From Eledone cirrhosa (taxonomy: Eukaryota): 64,000 nt of DNA. Where the stretch lies: contig OZ024744.1 in the NCBI GenBank assembly GCA_964016885.1, positions 122,016,001 through 122,080,000 on the forward strand, given 5' to 3'. Positions within the stretch are counted from its first letter, which is position 1. Each line of letters begins with the position of its first letter. Under the pieces are notes generated by a model. That model saw only the letters and a program-made list of their open reading frames with translations. It was not told where the DNA came from and searched no databases. Position numbers and translations under genes: made by a program. Positions 32,601-47,900 of this stretch are shown piece after piece.

Positions 32601-35600
32601 CTACCTCTATTCCTCTCACCCAGTCACTTTTATACTTCCTCAACACATGACTCAACCATCTCACACTATCTCTCTTCACAACATCCATCACTACCTCTAT
32701 TCCTCTCACCCAGTGACTTTTCTCCTTCCTCAACACATGACCCAACCATGTCACACTATCTCTCTTCACAACATCCATCACTACCTCTATTCCTCTCACC
32801 CAGTCACTTTTATCCTTCCTCAACACATGACCCAACCATCTCACACTATCTCTCTTCACAACATCCATCACTACCTCTATTCCTCTCACCCAGTCACTTT
32901 TATCCTTCCTCAACACATGACCCAACCATCTCACACGATCACTCTTCACAACATCCATCACTATCTCTATTCCTCTCACCCAGTCACTTTCATACTTCCT
33001 CAACACATGACCCAACCATCTCACACTATCTCTCTTCACAACATCCATCACTACATCTATTCCTCTCACCCAGTCACTTTCATACTTCCTCAACACATGA
33101 GCCAACCATCTCACACTATCTCTCTTCACAACATCCAGCACTACCTCCATTCCTCTCAGCCAGTCACTTTTATCTTTCCTCAACACATGACCCAACCATC
33201 TCACACTATCTCTCTTCACAACATCCATCACTACCTCTATTCCTCTCACCCAGTCACTTTCATACTTCCTCAACACATGAGCCAATCATCTCACACTATC
33301 TCCCTTTACAACATCCATCACTACCTCTATTCCTCTCACCCAGTCACATTCATACTTCCTCAACACAGGACCCAACCATCTCACACTATCTCTCTTCACA
33401 ACATCCATCACTACCTCTATTCCTCTCACACAGTCACTTTCATACTTCCTCAACACATGACCCAACCATCTCACACTATCTCTCTTCACAACATCCATCA
33501 CAACCTCTATTCCTCTTACCCAGTCACTTTTATCCTTCCTGAACACATGACCCAACCATCTCACACTATCTCTCTTCACAACATCCATTACTACCTGTAT
33601 TCCTCTCACACAGTCACATTCATACTTCCTCAACACATGACCCAACCATCTCACACTATCTCACTTCACAACATCCATTACTACCTCTATTGCTCTCACC
33701 CAGTCACTTTTATCGTTCCTCAACACATGACCCAACCATCTCACACTATCTCTCTTCACAACATCCATCACTACCTCTATTCCTCTCACCCAGTCACTTT
33801 TATACTTCCTCAACACATGACCCAACCATCTCACACTATCTCTCTTCACAACATCCATCATTACCTCTATTCCTTTCACCCAGTCACTTTTATCCTTCCT
33901 CAACACATGACGCAACCATCTCACACGATCACCCTTCACAACATCCATCACTACCTCTGTTTCTCTCACCCAGTCACTTCATACTTCCTCAACACATGAC
34001 CCAACCATCTCAAACTATCTCTCTTCACAACATCTATCACTACCTTTATTCCTCTCACACAGTCACTTTCATACTTCCTCAACACATGACCCAACCATCT
34101 CACACTATCTCTCTTCACAACATCCATCACTACCTCTATTCACTCACCCAGTCACTTTTATCCTTCCTCAACACATGACCCAACCATCTCACACTATCTC
34201 TCTACACAACATCCATCACTACCTCTATTCCTATCACCCAGTCACATTCATACTTCCTCAACACAGGACCCAACCATCTCACACTATCTCTCTTCACAAC
34301 ATCCATCACTACCTCTGTTCCTCTCACCCAGTCACATTCATACATCCTCAACACATGACCCAACCATCTCACACTATCTCTCTTCACAACATCCATCACT
34401 ACCTCTATTCCTCTCACCCAGTCACTTTCATACTTCCTCAACACATGACCCAACCATCCCACAGTATCTCTCTTCACAACATCCATCACTACCTCTGTTC
34501 CTCTCACCCAGTCACTTTTATCCTTCCTCAACACATGACCCAACCATCTCACACTATCTCTCTTCACAACATCCATCACTACCTCTATTCCTCTCACCCA
34601 GTCACTTTTATCCTTCCTCAACACATGACCCAACCATCTCACACTATCTCTCTTCACAACATCCATCACTACCTCTATTCCTCTCACACAGTCACTTTCA
34701 TACTTCCTCAACACATGACCCAACCATCTCACACTATCTCTCTTCACAACATCCATCACAACCTCTATTCCTCTTACCCAGTCATTTTTATCCTTCCTGA
34801 ACACATGACCCAACCATCTCACACTATCTCTCTTCACAACATCCATCACTACCTCTATTCCTCTCACCCAGTCACATTCATACTTCCTCAACACATGACC
34901 AAACCATCTCACACTATCTCTATTCACAACATCCATCACAACCTCTATTCCTCTCACACAGTCACTTTCATACTTCCTCAACACATGACCCAACCATCTC
35001 ACACTATCTCTCTTCACAACATTCATCACAACCTCTATTCCTCTTACCCAGTCATTTTTATCCTTCCTGAACACATGACCCAACCATCTCACACTATCTC
35101 TCTTCACAACATCCATCACTACCTCTATTCCTCTCACCCAGTCACATTCATACTTCCTCAACACATGACCAAACCATCTCACACTATCTCTCTTCACAAC
35201 ATCCATCACTACCTCTATTCCTCTCACCCAGTCACTTTATTCCTTCCCAAACACATGACCCAACCATCTCACACTATCTCTCTTCACAACATCCATCACT
35301 ACCTCTATTCCTTTCACCCAGTCACTTTTATCCTTCCTCAACACATGACCCAACCATCTCACACGATCACCCTTCACAACATCTATCACTACCTCTATTC
35401 CTCTCACCCAGTCACTTTCATACTTCCTCAACACATGACCCAACCATCTCACACTATCTCTCTTCACAACATCCATCACTACCTCTGTTTCTCTCACCCA
35501 GTCACTTCATACTTCCTCAACACATGACCCAACCATCTCAAACTATCTCTCTTCACAACATCCATCACTACCTTTATTCCTCTCACACAGTCACTTTCAT

Positions 35601-38600
35601 ACTTCCTCAACACATGACCCAACCATCTCACACTATCTCTCTTCACAACATCCATCACTACCTCTATTCCTCTCACCCAGTCACTTTTATCCTTCCTCAA
35701 CACATGACCCAACCATCTCACACTATCTCTCTTCACAACATCCATCACTACCTCTATTCCTCTCACACAGTCACTTTCATACTTCCTCAACACATGACCC
35801 AACCATCTCACACTATCTCTCTTCACAACATCCATCACAACCTCTATTCCTCTTACCCAGTCATTTTTATCCTTCCTGAACACATGACCTAACCATCTCA
35901 CACTATCTCTCTTCACAACATCCATCACTACCTCTATTCCTCTCACCCAGTCACATTCATACTTCCTCAACACATGACCAAACCATCTCACACTATCTCT
36001 ATTCACAACATCCATCACAACCTCTATTCCTCTCACACAGTCACTTTCATACTTCCTCAACACATGACCCAACCATCTCACACTATCTCTCTTCACAACA
36101 TTCATCACAACCTCTATTCCTCTTACCCAGTCATTTTTATCCTTCCTGAACACATGACCCAACCATCTCACACTATCTCTCTTCACAACATCCATCACTA
36201 CCTCTATTCCTCTCACCCAGTCACATTCATACTTCCTCAACACATGACCAAACCATCTCACACTATCTCTCTTCACAACATCCATCACTACCTCTATTCC
36301 TCTCACCCAGTCACTTTTATCCTTCCCAAACACATGACCCAACCATCTCACACTATCTCTCTTCACAACATCCATCACTACCTCTATTCCTCTCACACAG
36401 TCACTTTCATACTTCCTCAACACATGACCCAACCATCTCACACTATCTCTCTTCACAACATCCATCACTACCTCTATTCCTCTCACCCAGTCACTTTCAT
36501 CCTTCCTCAACACATGACCCAACCATCTCACACTATCTCTCTTCACAACATCCATCACTACCTCTATTCCTCTCACACAGTCACTTTCATACTTCCTCAA
36601 CACATGACCCAACCATCTCACACTATCTCTCTTCACAACATCCATTACAACCTCTATTCCTCTTACCCAGTCATTTTTATCCTTCCTGAACACATGACCC
36701 AACCATCTCACACTATCTCTCTTCACAACATCCATCACTACCTCTATTCCTCTCACCCAGTCACATTCATACTTCTTCAACACATGACCAAACCATCTCA
36801 CACTATCTCTATTCACAACATCCATCACAACCTCTATTCCTCTCACACAGTCACTTTCATACTTCCTCAACACATGACCCAACCATCTCACACTATCTCT
36901 CTTCACAACATTCATCACAACCTCTATTCCTCTTACCCAGTCATTTTTATCCTTCCTGAACACATGACCCAACCATCTCACACTATCTCTCTTCACAACA
37001 TCCATCACTACCTCTGTTTCTCTCACCCAGTCACATTCATACTTCCTCAACTCATGACCCAACCATCTCACACTATCTCTCTTCACAACATCCATCACTA
37101 CCTTTCTTCCTCTCACACAGTCACTTTCATACTTCCTCAACACATGACCCAACCATCTCACACTATCTCTCTTCACAACATCCATTACTACCTCTATTGC
37201 TCTCACCCAGTCACTTTTATCCTTCCTCAACACATGACCCAACCATCTCACACTATCCCTCTTCACAACATCCATCACTACCTCTATTCCTCTCACTCAG
37301 TCACATTCATACTACCTCAACACATGACCCAACCATCTCACACTGTCTCTCTTCACAACATCCATCACTACCTCTATTCCTCTCACCCAGTCACTTTTAT
37401 ACTTCCTCAACACATGACTCAACCATCTCACACTATCTCTCTTCACAACATCCATCACTACCTCTATTCCTCTCACCCAGTGACTTTTATCCTTCCTCAA
37501 CACATGACCCAACCATCTCACACTATCTCTCTTCACAACATCCATCACTACCTCTATTCCTCTCACCCAGTCACTTTTATCCTTCCTCAACACATGACCC
37601 AACCATCTCACACTATCTCTCTTCACAACATCCATCACTACCTCTATTCCTCTCACCCAGTCACTTTTATCCTTCCTCAACACATGACCCAACCATCTCA
37701 CACGATCACTCTTCACAACATCCATCACTATCTCTATTCCTCTCACCCAGTCACTTTCATACTTCCTCAACACATGACCCAACCATCTCACACTATCTCT
37801 CTTCACAACATCCATCACTACATCTATTCCTCTCACCCAGTCACTTTCATACTTCCTCAACACATGAGCCAACCATCTCACACTATCTCTCTTCACAACA
37901 TCCAGCACTACCTCCATTCCTCTCAGCCAGTCACTTTTATCTTTCCTCAACACATGACCCAACCATCTCACACTATCTCTCTTCACAACATCCATCACTA
38001 CCTCTATTCCTCTCACCCAGTCACTTTCATACTTCCTCAACACATGAGCCAATCATCTCAAACTATTTCCCTTTACAACATCCATCTCTACCTCTATTCC
38101 TCTCACCCAGTCACATCCATACTTCCTCAACACATGACCCAACCATCTCACACTATCTCTCTTCACAACATCCATCACTACCTCTATTCCTCTCACACAG
38201 TCACTTTCATACTTCCTCAACACATGACCCAACCATCTCACACTATCTCTCTTCACAACATCCATCACAACCTCTATTCCTCTTACCCAGTCACTTTTAT
38301 CCTTCCTGAACACATGACCCAACCATCTCACACTATCTCTCTTCACAACATCCATTACTACCTGTATTCCTCTCACACAGTCACATTCATACTTCCTCAA
38401 CACATGACCCAACCATCTCACACTATCTCACTTCACAACATCCATTACTACCTCTATTGCTCTCACCCAGTCACTTTTATCGTTCCTCAACACATGACCC
38501 AACCATCTCACACTATCTCTCTTCACAACATCCATCACTACCTTTATTCCTCTCACACAGTCACTTTCATACTTCCTCAACACATGACCCAACCATCTCA

Positions 38601-41600
38601 CACTATCTCTCTTCACAACATCCATCACTACCTCTATTCCTCTCACCCAGTCACTTTTATCCTTCCTCAACACATGACCCAACCATCTCACACTATCTCT
38701 CTTCACAACATCCATCACTACCTCTATTCCTCTCACCCAGTCACTTTTATCCTTCCTCAACACATGACCCAACCATCTCACACTATCTCTCTTCACAACA
38801 TCCATCACTACCTCTATTCCTCTCACACAGTCACTTTCATACTTCCTCAACACATGACCCAACCATCTCACACTATCTCTCTTCACAACATCCATCACAA
38901 CCTCTATTCCTCTTACCCAGTCATTTTTATCCTTCCTGAACACATGACCCAACCATCTCACACTATCTCTCTTCACAACATCCATCACTACCTCTATTCC
39001 TCTCACCCAGTCACATTCATACTTCCTCAACACATGACCAAACCATCTCACACTATCTCTATTCACAACATCCATCACAACCTCTATTCCTCTCACACAG
39101 TCACTTTCATACTTCCTCAACACATGACCCAACCATCTGACACTATCTCTCTTCACAACATCCATCACTACCTCTATTCCTCTCACACAGTCACTTTCAT
39201 ACTTCCTCAACACATGACCCAACCACCTCACACTATCTCTCTTCACAACATCCATCACTACCTCTATTCCTCTCACCCAGTCACTTTTATCCTTCCTCAA
39301 CACATGACCCAACCATCTCACACTATCTCTCTTCACAACATCCATCACTACCTCTATTCCTCTCACCCAGTCACATTCATACTTCCTCAACACATGACCA
39401 AACCATCTCACACTATCTCTCTTCACAACATCCATCACTACCTCTATTCCTCTCACACAGTCACTTTCATACTTCCTCAACACATGACCCAACCATCTCA
39501 CACTATCTCTCTTCACAACATCCATCACTACCTCTATTCCTCTCACCCAGTCACTTTTATCCTTCCTCAACACATGACCCAACCATCTAACACTATCTCT
39601 CTTCACAACATCCATCACTACCTCTATTCCTCTCACACAGTCACTTTCATACTTCCTCAACACATGACCCAACCATCTCACACTATCTCTCTTCACAACA
39701 TCCATCACAACCTCTATTCCTCTTACCCAGTCATTTTTATCCTTCCTGAACACATGACCCAACCATCTCACACTATCTCTCTTCACAACATCCATCACTA
39801 CCTCTATTCCTCTCACCCAGTCACATTCATACTTCCTCAACACATGACCAAACCATCTCACACTATCTCTATTCACAACATCCATCACAACCTCTATTCC
39901 TCTCACACAGTCACTTTCATACTTCCTCAACACATGACCCAACCATCTCACACTATCTCTCTTCACAACATTCATCACAACCTCTATTCCTCTTACCCAG
40001 TCATTTTTATCCTTCCTGAACACATGACCCAACCATCTCACACTATCTCTCTTCACAACATCCATCACTACCTCTGTTTCTCTCACCCAGTCACATTCAT
40101 ACTTCCTCAACTCATGACCCAACCATCTCACACTATCTCTCTTCACAACATCCATCACTACCTTTATTCCTCTCACACAGTCACTTTCATACTTCCTCAA
40201 CACATGACCCAACCATCTCACACTATCTCTCTTCACAACATCCATTACTACCTCTATTGCTCTCACCCAGTCACTTTTATCCTTCCTCAACACATGACCC
40301 AACCATCTCACACTATCTCTCTTCACAACATCCATCACTACCTCTATTCCTCTCACTCAGTCACATTCATACTACCTCAACACATGACCCAACCATCTCA
40401 CACTGTCTCTCTTCACAACATCCATCACTACCTCTATTCCTCTCACCCAGTCACTTTTATACTTCCTCAACACATGACTCAACCATCTCACACTATCTCT
40501 CTTCACAACATCCATCACTACCTCTATTCCTCTCACCCAGTGACTTTTCTCCTTCCTCAACACATGACCCAACCATGTCACACTATCTCTCTTCACAACA
40601 TCCATCACTACCTCTATTCCTCTCACCCAGTCACTTTTATCCTTCCTCAACACATGACCCAACCATCTCACACTATCTCTCTTCACAACATCCATCACTA
40701 CCTCTATTCCTCTCACCCAGTCACTTTTATCCTTCCTCAACACATGACCCAACCATCTCACACGATCACTCTTCACAACATCCATCACTATCTCTATTCC
40801 TCTCACCCAGTCACTTTCATACTTCCTCAACACATGACCCAACCATCTCACACTATCTCTCTTCACAACATCCATCACTACATCTATTCCTCTCACCCAG
40901 TCACTTTCATACTTCCTCAACACATGAGCCAACCATCTCACACTATCTCTCTTCACAACATCCAGCACTACCTCCATTCCTCTCAGCCAGTCACTTTTAT
41001 CTTTCCTCAACACATGACCCAACCATCTCACACTATCTCTCTTCACAACATCCATCACTACCTCTATTCCTCTCACCCAGTCACTTTCATACTTCCTCAA
41101 CACATGAGCCAATCATCTCACACTATCTCCCTTTACAACATCCATCACTACCTCTATTCCTCTCACCCAGTCACATTCATACTTCCTCAACACAGGACCC
41201 AACCATCTCACACTATCTCTCTTCACAACATCCATCACTACCTCTATTCCTCTCACACAGTCACTTTCATACTTCCTCAACACATGACCCAACCATCTCA
41301 CACTATCTCTCTTCACAACATCCATCACAACCTCTATTCCTCTTACCCAGTCACTTTTATCCTTCCTGAACACATGACCCAACCATCTCACACTATCTCT
41401 CTTCACAACATCCATTACTACCTGTATTCCTCTCACACAGTCACATTCATACTTCCTCAACACATGACCCAACCATCTCACACTATCTCACTTCACAACA
41501 TCCATTACTACCTCTATTGCTCTCACCCAGTCACTTTTATCGTTCCTCAACACATGACCCAACCATCTCACACTATCTCTCTTCACAACATCCATCACTA

Positions 41601-41912
41601 CCTCTATTCCTCTCACCCAGTCACTTTTATACTTCCTCAACACATGACCCAACCATCTCACACTATCTCTCTTCACAACATCCATCATTACCTCTATTCC
41701 TTTCACCCAGTCACTTTTATCCTTCCTCAACACATGACGCAACCATCTCACACGATCACCCTTCACAACATCCATCACTACCTCTGTTTCTCTCACCCAG
41801 TCACTTCATACTTCCTCAACACATGACCCAACCATCTCAAACTATCTCTCTTCACAACATCTATCACTACCTTTATTCCTCTCACACAGTCACTTTCATA
41901 CTTCCTCAACAC
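26169..41912. repeat. Higher-order tandem duplication, 7917-bp period (88 monomers; second copy lacks one monomer)
   Basis: ORF starts 26258/34175, 27607/35524 and 28057/35974. Shared rare variants: CCTAA (27971/35888), CTTTCT (about 29185/37102), ATCCCT (29338/37255), TCTGAC (31219/39136), ACCACC (31305/39222). The offset drops to 7827 after about 31.5 kb. Confidence 0.93.
28420..33750. repeat. Internal 3150-bp (35-monomer) duplication nested inside the 7917-bp unit
   Basis: Near-identical ORFs 29280..30392 / 32430..33542, 29395..30135 / 32545..33285 and 30136..30504 / 33286..33654. In the second large copy the offset is 3060 (37197 / 40257). Boundaries approximate. Confidence 0.85.
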
Positions 41913-44900
41913 ATGACCCAACCATCTCACACTATCTCTCTTCACAACATCCATCACTACCTCTATTCCTCTCACCCAGTCACTTTTATCCTTCCTCAAC
42001 ACATGACCAAACCATCTCACACTATCTCTCTTCACAACATCCATCACTACCTCTATTCCTCTCAACCGGTCACTTTTATCCTTCCTCAACACATGACCCA
42101 ACCATCTCACACTATCTCTCTTCACAACATCCATCACTACCTCTATTCACTCACCCAGTCACTTTTATCCTTCCTCAACACATGACCCAACCATCTCACA
42201 CTATCTCTCTACACAACATCCATCACTACCTCTATTCCTATCACCCAGTCACATTCATACTTCCTCAACACAGGACCCAACCATCTCACACTATCTCTCT
42301 TCACAACATCCATCACTACCTCTGTTCCTCTCACCCAGTCACATTCATACATCCTCAACACATGACCCAACCATCTCACACTATCTCTCTTCACAACATC
42401 CATCACTACCTCTATTCCTCTCACCCAGTCACTTTCATACTTCCTCAACACATGACCCAACCATCCCACAGTATCTCTCTTCACAACATCCATCACTACC
42501 TCTGTTCCTCTCACCCAGTCACTTTTATCCTTCCTCAACACATGACCCAACCATCTCACACTATCTCTCTTCACAACATCCATCACTACCTCTATTCCTC
42601 TCACCCAGTCACTTTTATCCTTCCTCAACACATGACCCAACCATCTCACACTATCTCTCTTCACAACATCCATCACTACCTCTATTCCTCTCACACAGTC
42701 ACTTTCATACTTCCTCAACACATGACCCAACCATCTCACACTATCTCTCTTCACAACATCCATCACAACCTCTATTCCTCTTACCCAGTCATTTTTATCC
42801 TTCCTGAACACATGACCCAACCATCTCACACTATCTCTCTTCACAACATCCATCACTACCTCTATTCCTCTCACCCAGTCACATTCATACTTCCTCAACA
42901 CATGACCAAACCATCTCACACTATCTCTATTCACAACATCCATCACAACCTCTATTCCTCTCACACAGTCACTTTCATACTTCCTCAACACATGACCCAA
43001 CCATCTCACACTATCTCTCTTCACAACATTCATCACAACCTCTATTCCTCTTACCCAGTCATTTTTATCCTTCCTGAACACATGACCCAACCATCTCACA
43101 CTATCTCTCTTCACAACATCCATCACTACCTCTATTCCTCTCACCCAGTCACATTCATACTTCCTCAACACATGACCAAACCATCTCACACTATCTCTCT
43201 TCACAACATCCATCACTACCTCTATTCCTCTCACCCAGTCACTTTTATCCTTCCCAAACACATGACCCAACCATCTCACACTATCTCTCTTCACAACATC
43301 CATTACTACCTGTATTCCTCTCACACAGTCACATTCATACTTCCTCAACACATGACCCAACCATCTCACACTATCTCACTTCACAACATCCATTACTACC
43401 TCTATTGCTCTCACCCAGTCACTTTTATCGTTCCTCAACACATGACCCAACCATCTCACACTATCTCTCTTCACAACATCCATCACTACCTCTATTCCTC
43501 TCACCCAGTCACTTTTATACTTCCTCAACACATGACCCAACCATCTCACACTATCTCTCTTCACAACATCCATCATTACCTCTATTCCTTTCACCCAGTC
43601 ACTTTTATCCTTCCTCAACACATGACCCAACCATCTCACACGATCACCCTTCACAACATCTATCACTACCTCTATTCCTCTCACCCAGTCACTTTCATAC
43701 TTCCTCAACACATGACCCAACCATCTCACACTATCTCTCTTCACAACATCCATCACTACCTCTGTTTCTCTCACCCAGTCACTTCATACTTCCTCAACAC
43801 ATGACCCAACCATCTCAAACTATCTCTCTTCACAACATCCATCACTACCTTTATTCCTCTCACACAGTCACTTTCATACTTCCTCAACACATGACCCAAC
43901 CATCTCACACTATCTCTCTTCACAACATCCATCACTACCTCTATTCCTCTCACCCAGTCACTTTTATCCTTCCTCAACACATGACCAAACCATCTCACAC
44001 TATCTCTCTTCACAACATCCATCACTACCTCTATTCCTCTCAACCGGTCACTTTTATCCTTCCTCAACACATGACCCAACCATCTCACACTATCTCTCTT
44101 CACAACATCCATCACTACCTCTATTCACTCACCCAGTCACTTTTATCCTTCCTCAACACATGACCCAACCATCTCACACTATCTCTCTACACAACATCCA
44201 TCACTACCTCTATTCCTATCACCCAGTCACATTCATACTTCCTCAACACAGGACCCAACCATCTCACACTATCTCTCTTCACAACATCCATCACTACCTC
44301 TGTTCCTCTCACCCAGTCACATTCATACATCCTCAACACATGACCCAACCATCTCACACTATCTCTCTTCACAACATCCATCACTACCTCTATTCCTCTC
44401 ACCCAGTCACTTTCATACTTCCTCAACACATGACCCAACCATCCCACAGTATCTCTCTTCACAACATCCATCACTACCTCTGTTCCTCTCACCCAGTCAC
44501 TTTTATCCTTCCTCAACACATGACCCAACCATCTCACACTATCTCTCTTCACAACATCCATCACTACCTCTATTCCTCTCACCCAGTCACTTTTATCCTT
44601 CCTCAACACATGACCCAACCATCTCACACTATCTCTCTTCACAACATCCATCACTACCTCTATTCCTCTCACACAGTCACTTTCATACTTCCTCAACACA
44701 TGACCCAACCATCTCACACTATCTCTCTTCACAACATCCATCACAACCTCTATTCCTCTTACCCAGTCATTTTTATCCTTCCTGAACACATGACCCAACC
44801 ATCTCACACTATCTCTCTTCACAACATCCATCACTACCTCTATTCCTCTCACCCAGTCACATTCATACTTCCTCAACACATGACCAAACCATCTCACACT

Positions 44901-47900
44901 ATCTCTATTCACAACATCCATCACAACCTCTATTCCTCTCACACAGTCACTTTCATACTTCCTCAACACATGACCCAACCATCTCACACTATCTCTCTTC
45001 ACAACATTCATCACAACCTCTATTCCTCTTACCCAGTCATTTTTATCCTTCCTGAACACATGACCCAACCATCTCACACTATCTCTCTTCACAACATCCA
45101 TCACTACCTCTATTCCTCTCACCCAGTCACATTCATACTTCCTCAACACATGACCAAACCATCTCACACTATCTCTCTTCACAACATCCATCACTACCTC
45201 TATTCCTCTCACCCAGTCACTTTTATCCTTCCCAAACACATGACCCAACCATCTCACACTATCTCTCTTCACAACATCCATCACTACCTCTATTCCTTTC
45301 ACCCAGTCACTTTTATCCTTCCTCAACACATGACCCAACCATCTCACACGATCACCCTTCACAACATCTATCACTACCTCTATTCCTCTCACCCAGTCAC
45401 TTTCATACTTCCTCAACACATGACCCAACCATCTCACACTATCTCTCTTCACAACATCCATCACTACCTCTGTTTCTCTCACCCAGTCACTTCATACTTC
45501 CTCAACACATGACCCAACCATCTCAAACTATCTCTCTTCACAACATCCATCACTACCTTTATTCCTCTCACACAGTCACTTTCATACTTCCTCAACACAT
45601 GACCCAACCATCTCACACTATCTCTCTTCACAACATCCATCACTACCTCTATTCCTCTCACCCAGTCACTTTTATCCTTCCTCAACACATGACCCAACCA
45701 TCTCACACTATCTCTCTTCACAACATCCATCACTACCTCTATTCCTCTCACACAGTCACTTTCATACTTCCTCAACACATGACCCAACCATCTCACACTA
45801 TCTCTCTTCACAACATCCATCACAACCTCTATTCCTCTTACCCAGTCATTTTTATCCTTCCTGAACACATGACCCAACCATCTCACACTATCTCTCTTCA
45901 CAACATCCATCACTACCTCTGTTTCTCTCACCCAGTCACTTCATACTTCCTCAACACATGACCCAACCATCTCAAACTATCTCTCTTCACAACATCCATC
46001 ACTACCTTTATTCCTCTCACACAGTCACTTTCATACTTCCTCAACACATGACCCAACCATCTCACACTATCTCTCTTCACAACATCCATCACTACCTCTA
46101 TTCCTCTCACCCAGTCACATTCATACTTCCTCAACACATGACCAAACCATCTCACACTATCTCTATTCACAACATCCATCACAACCTCTATTCCTCTCAC
46201 ACAGTCACTTTCATACTTCCTCAACACATGACCCAACCATCTCACACTATCTCTCTTCACAACATTCATCACAACCTCTATTCCTCTTACCCAGTCATTT
46301 TTATCCTTCCTGAACACATGACCCAACCATCTCACACTATCTCTCTTCACAACATCCATCACTACCTCTATTCCTCTCACCCAGTCACATTCATACTTCC
46401 TCAACACATGACCAAACCATCTCACACTATCTCTCTTCACAACATCCATCACTACCTCTATTCCTCTCACCCAGTCACTTTTATCCTTCCCAAACACATG
46501 ACCCAACCATCTCACACTATCTCTCTTCACAACATCCATCACTACCTCTATTCCTCTCACACAGTCACTTTCATACTTCCTCAACACATGACCCAACCAT
46601 CTCACACTATCTCTCTTCACAACATCCATCACTACCTCTATTCCTCTCACCCAGTCACTTTTATCCTTCCTCAACACATGACCCAACCATCTCACACTAT
46701 CTCTCTTCACAACATCCATCACTACCTCTATTCCTCTCACACAGTCACTTTCATACTTCCTCAACACATGACCCAACCATCTCACACTATCTCTCTTCAC
46801 AACATCCATCACAACCTCTATTCCTCTTACCCAGTCATTTTTATCCTTCCTGAACACATGACCCAACCATCTCACACTATCTCTCTTCACAACATCCATC
46901 ACTACCTCTATTCCTCTCACCCAGTCACATTCATACTTCCTCAACACATGACCAAACCATCTCACACTATCTCTATTCACAACATCCATCACAACCACTA
47001 TTCCTCTCACACAGTCACTTTCATACTTCCTCAACACATGACCCAACCATCTCACACTATCTCTCTTCACAACATTCATCACAACCTCTATTCCTCTTAC
47101 CCAGTCATTTTTATCCTTCCTGAACACATGACCCAACCATCTCACACTATCTCTCTTCACAACATCCATCACTACCTCTGTTTCTCTCACCCAGTCACAT
47201 TGATACTTCCTCAACTCATGACCCAACCATCTCACACTATCTCTCTTCACAACATCCATCACTACCTTTATTCCTCTCACACAGTCACTTTCATACTTCC
47301 TCAACACATGACCCAACCATCTCACACTATCTCTCTTCACAACATCCATTACTACCTCTATTGCTCTCACCCAGTCACTTTTATCCTTCCTCAACACATG
47401 ACCCAACCATCTCACACTATCTCTCTTCACAACATCCATCACTACCTCTATTCCTCTCACTCAGTCACATTCATACTACCTCAACACATGACCCAACCAT
47501 CTCACACTGTCTCTCTTCACAACATCCATCACTACCTCTATTCCTCTCACCCAGTCACTTTTATACTTCCTCAACACATGACTCAACCATCTCACACTAT
47601 CTCTCTTCACAACATCCATCACTACCTCTATTCCTCTCACCCAGTGACTTTTATCCTTCCTCAACACATGACCCAACCATCTCACACTATCTCTCTTCAC
47701 AACATCCATCACTACCTCTATTCCTTTCACCCAGTCACTTTTATCCTTCCTCAACACATGACCCAACCATCTCACACTATCTCTCTTCACAACATCCATC
47801 ACTACCTCTATTCCTCTCACCCAGTCACTTTTATCCTTCCTCAACACATGACCCAACCATCTCACACGATCACTCTTCACAACATCCATCACTATCTCTA

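Noticed and set aside
28057-33999. Very long His/Ser-rich plus-strand ORFs (also 35974..41826, 54234..59636, 16006..19158) as genuine protein-coding genes
   Set aside because: They follow from a 90-bp (3n) monomer with only 2 G, so TAG/TGA are nearly impossible. They begin and end at propagated frameshift alleles, have no unique N- or C-terminus or signal peptide, and two plus frames are open simultaneously.
5218-41912. Large duplications as pure assembly artefacts
   Set aside because: Copies carry distinguishing SNPs and whole-monomer differences (for example about 15314, 32578 versus 40405, 35239, and the missing monomer near 31.5 kb), which favours real duplications. Read-level confirmation is still needed.
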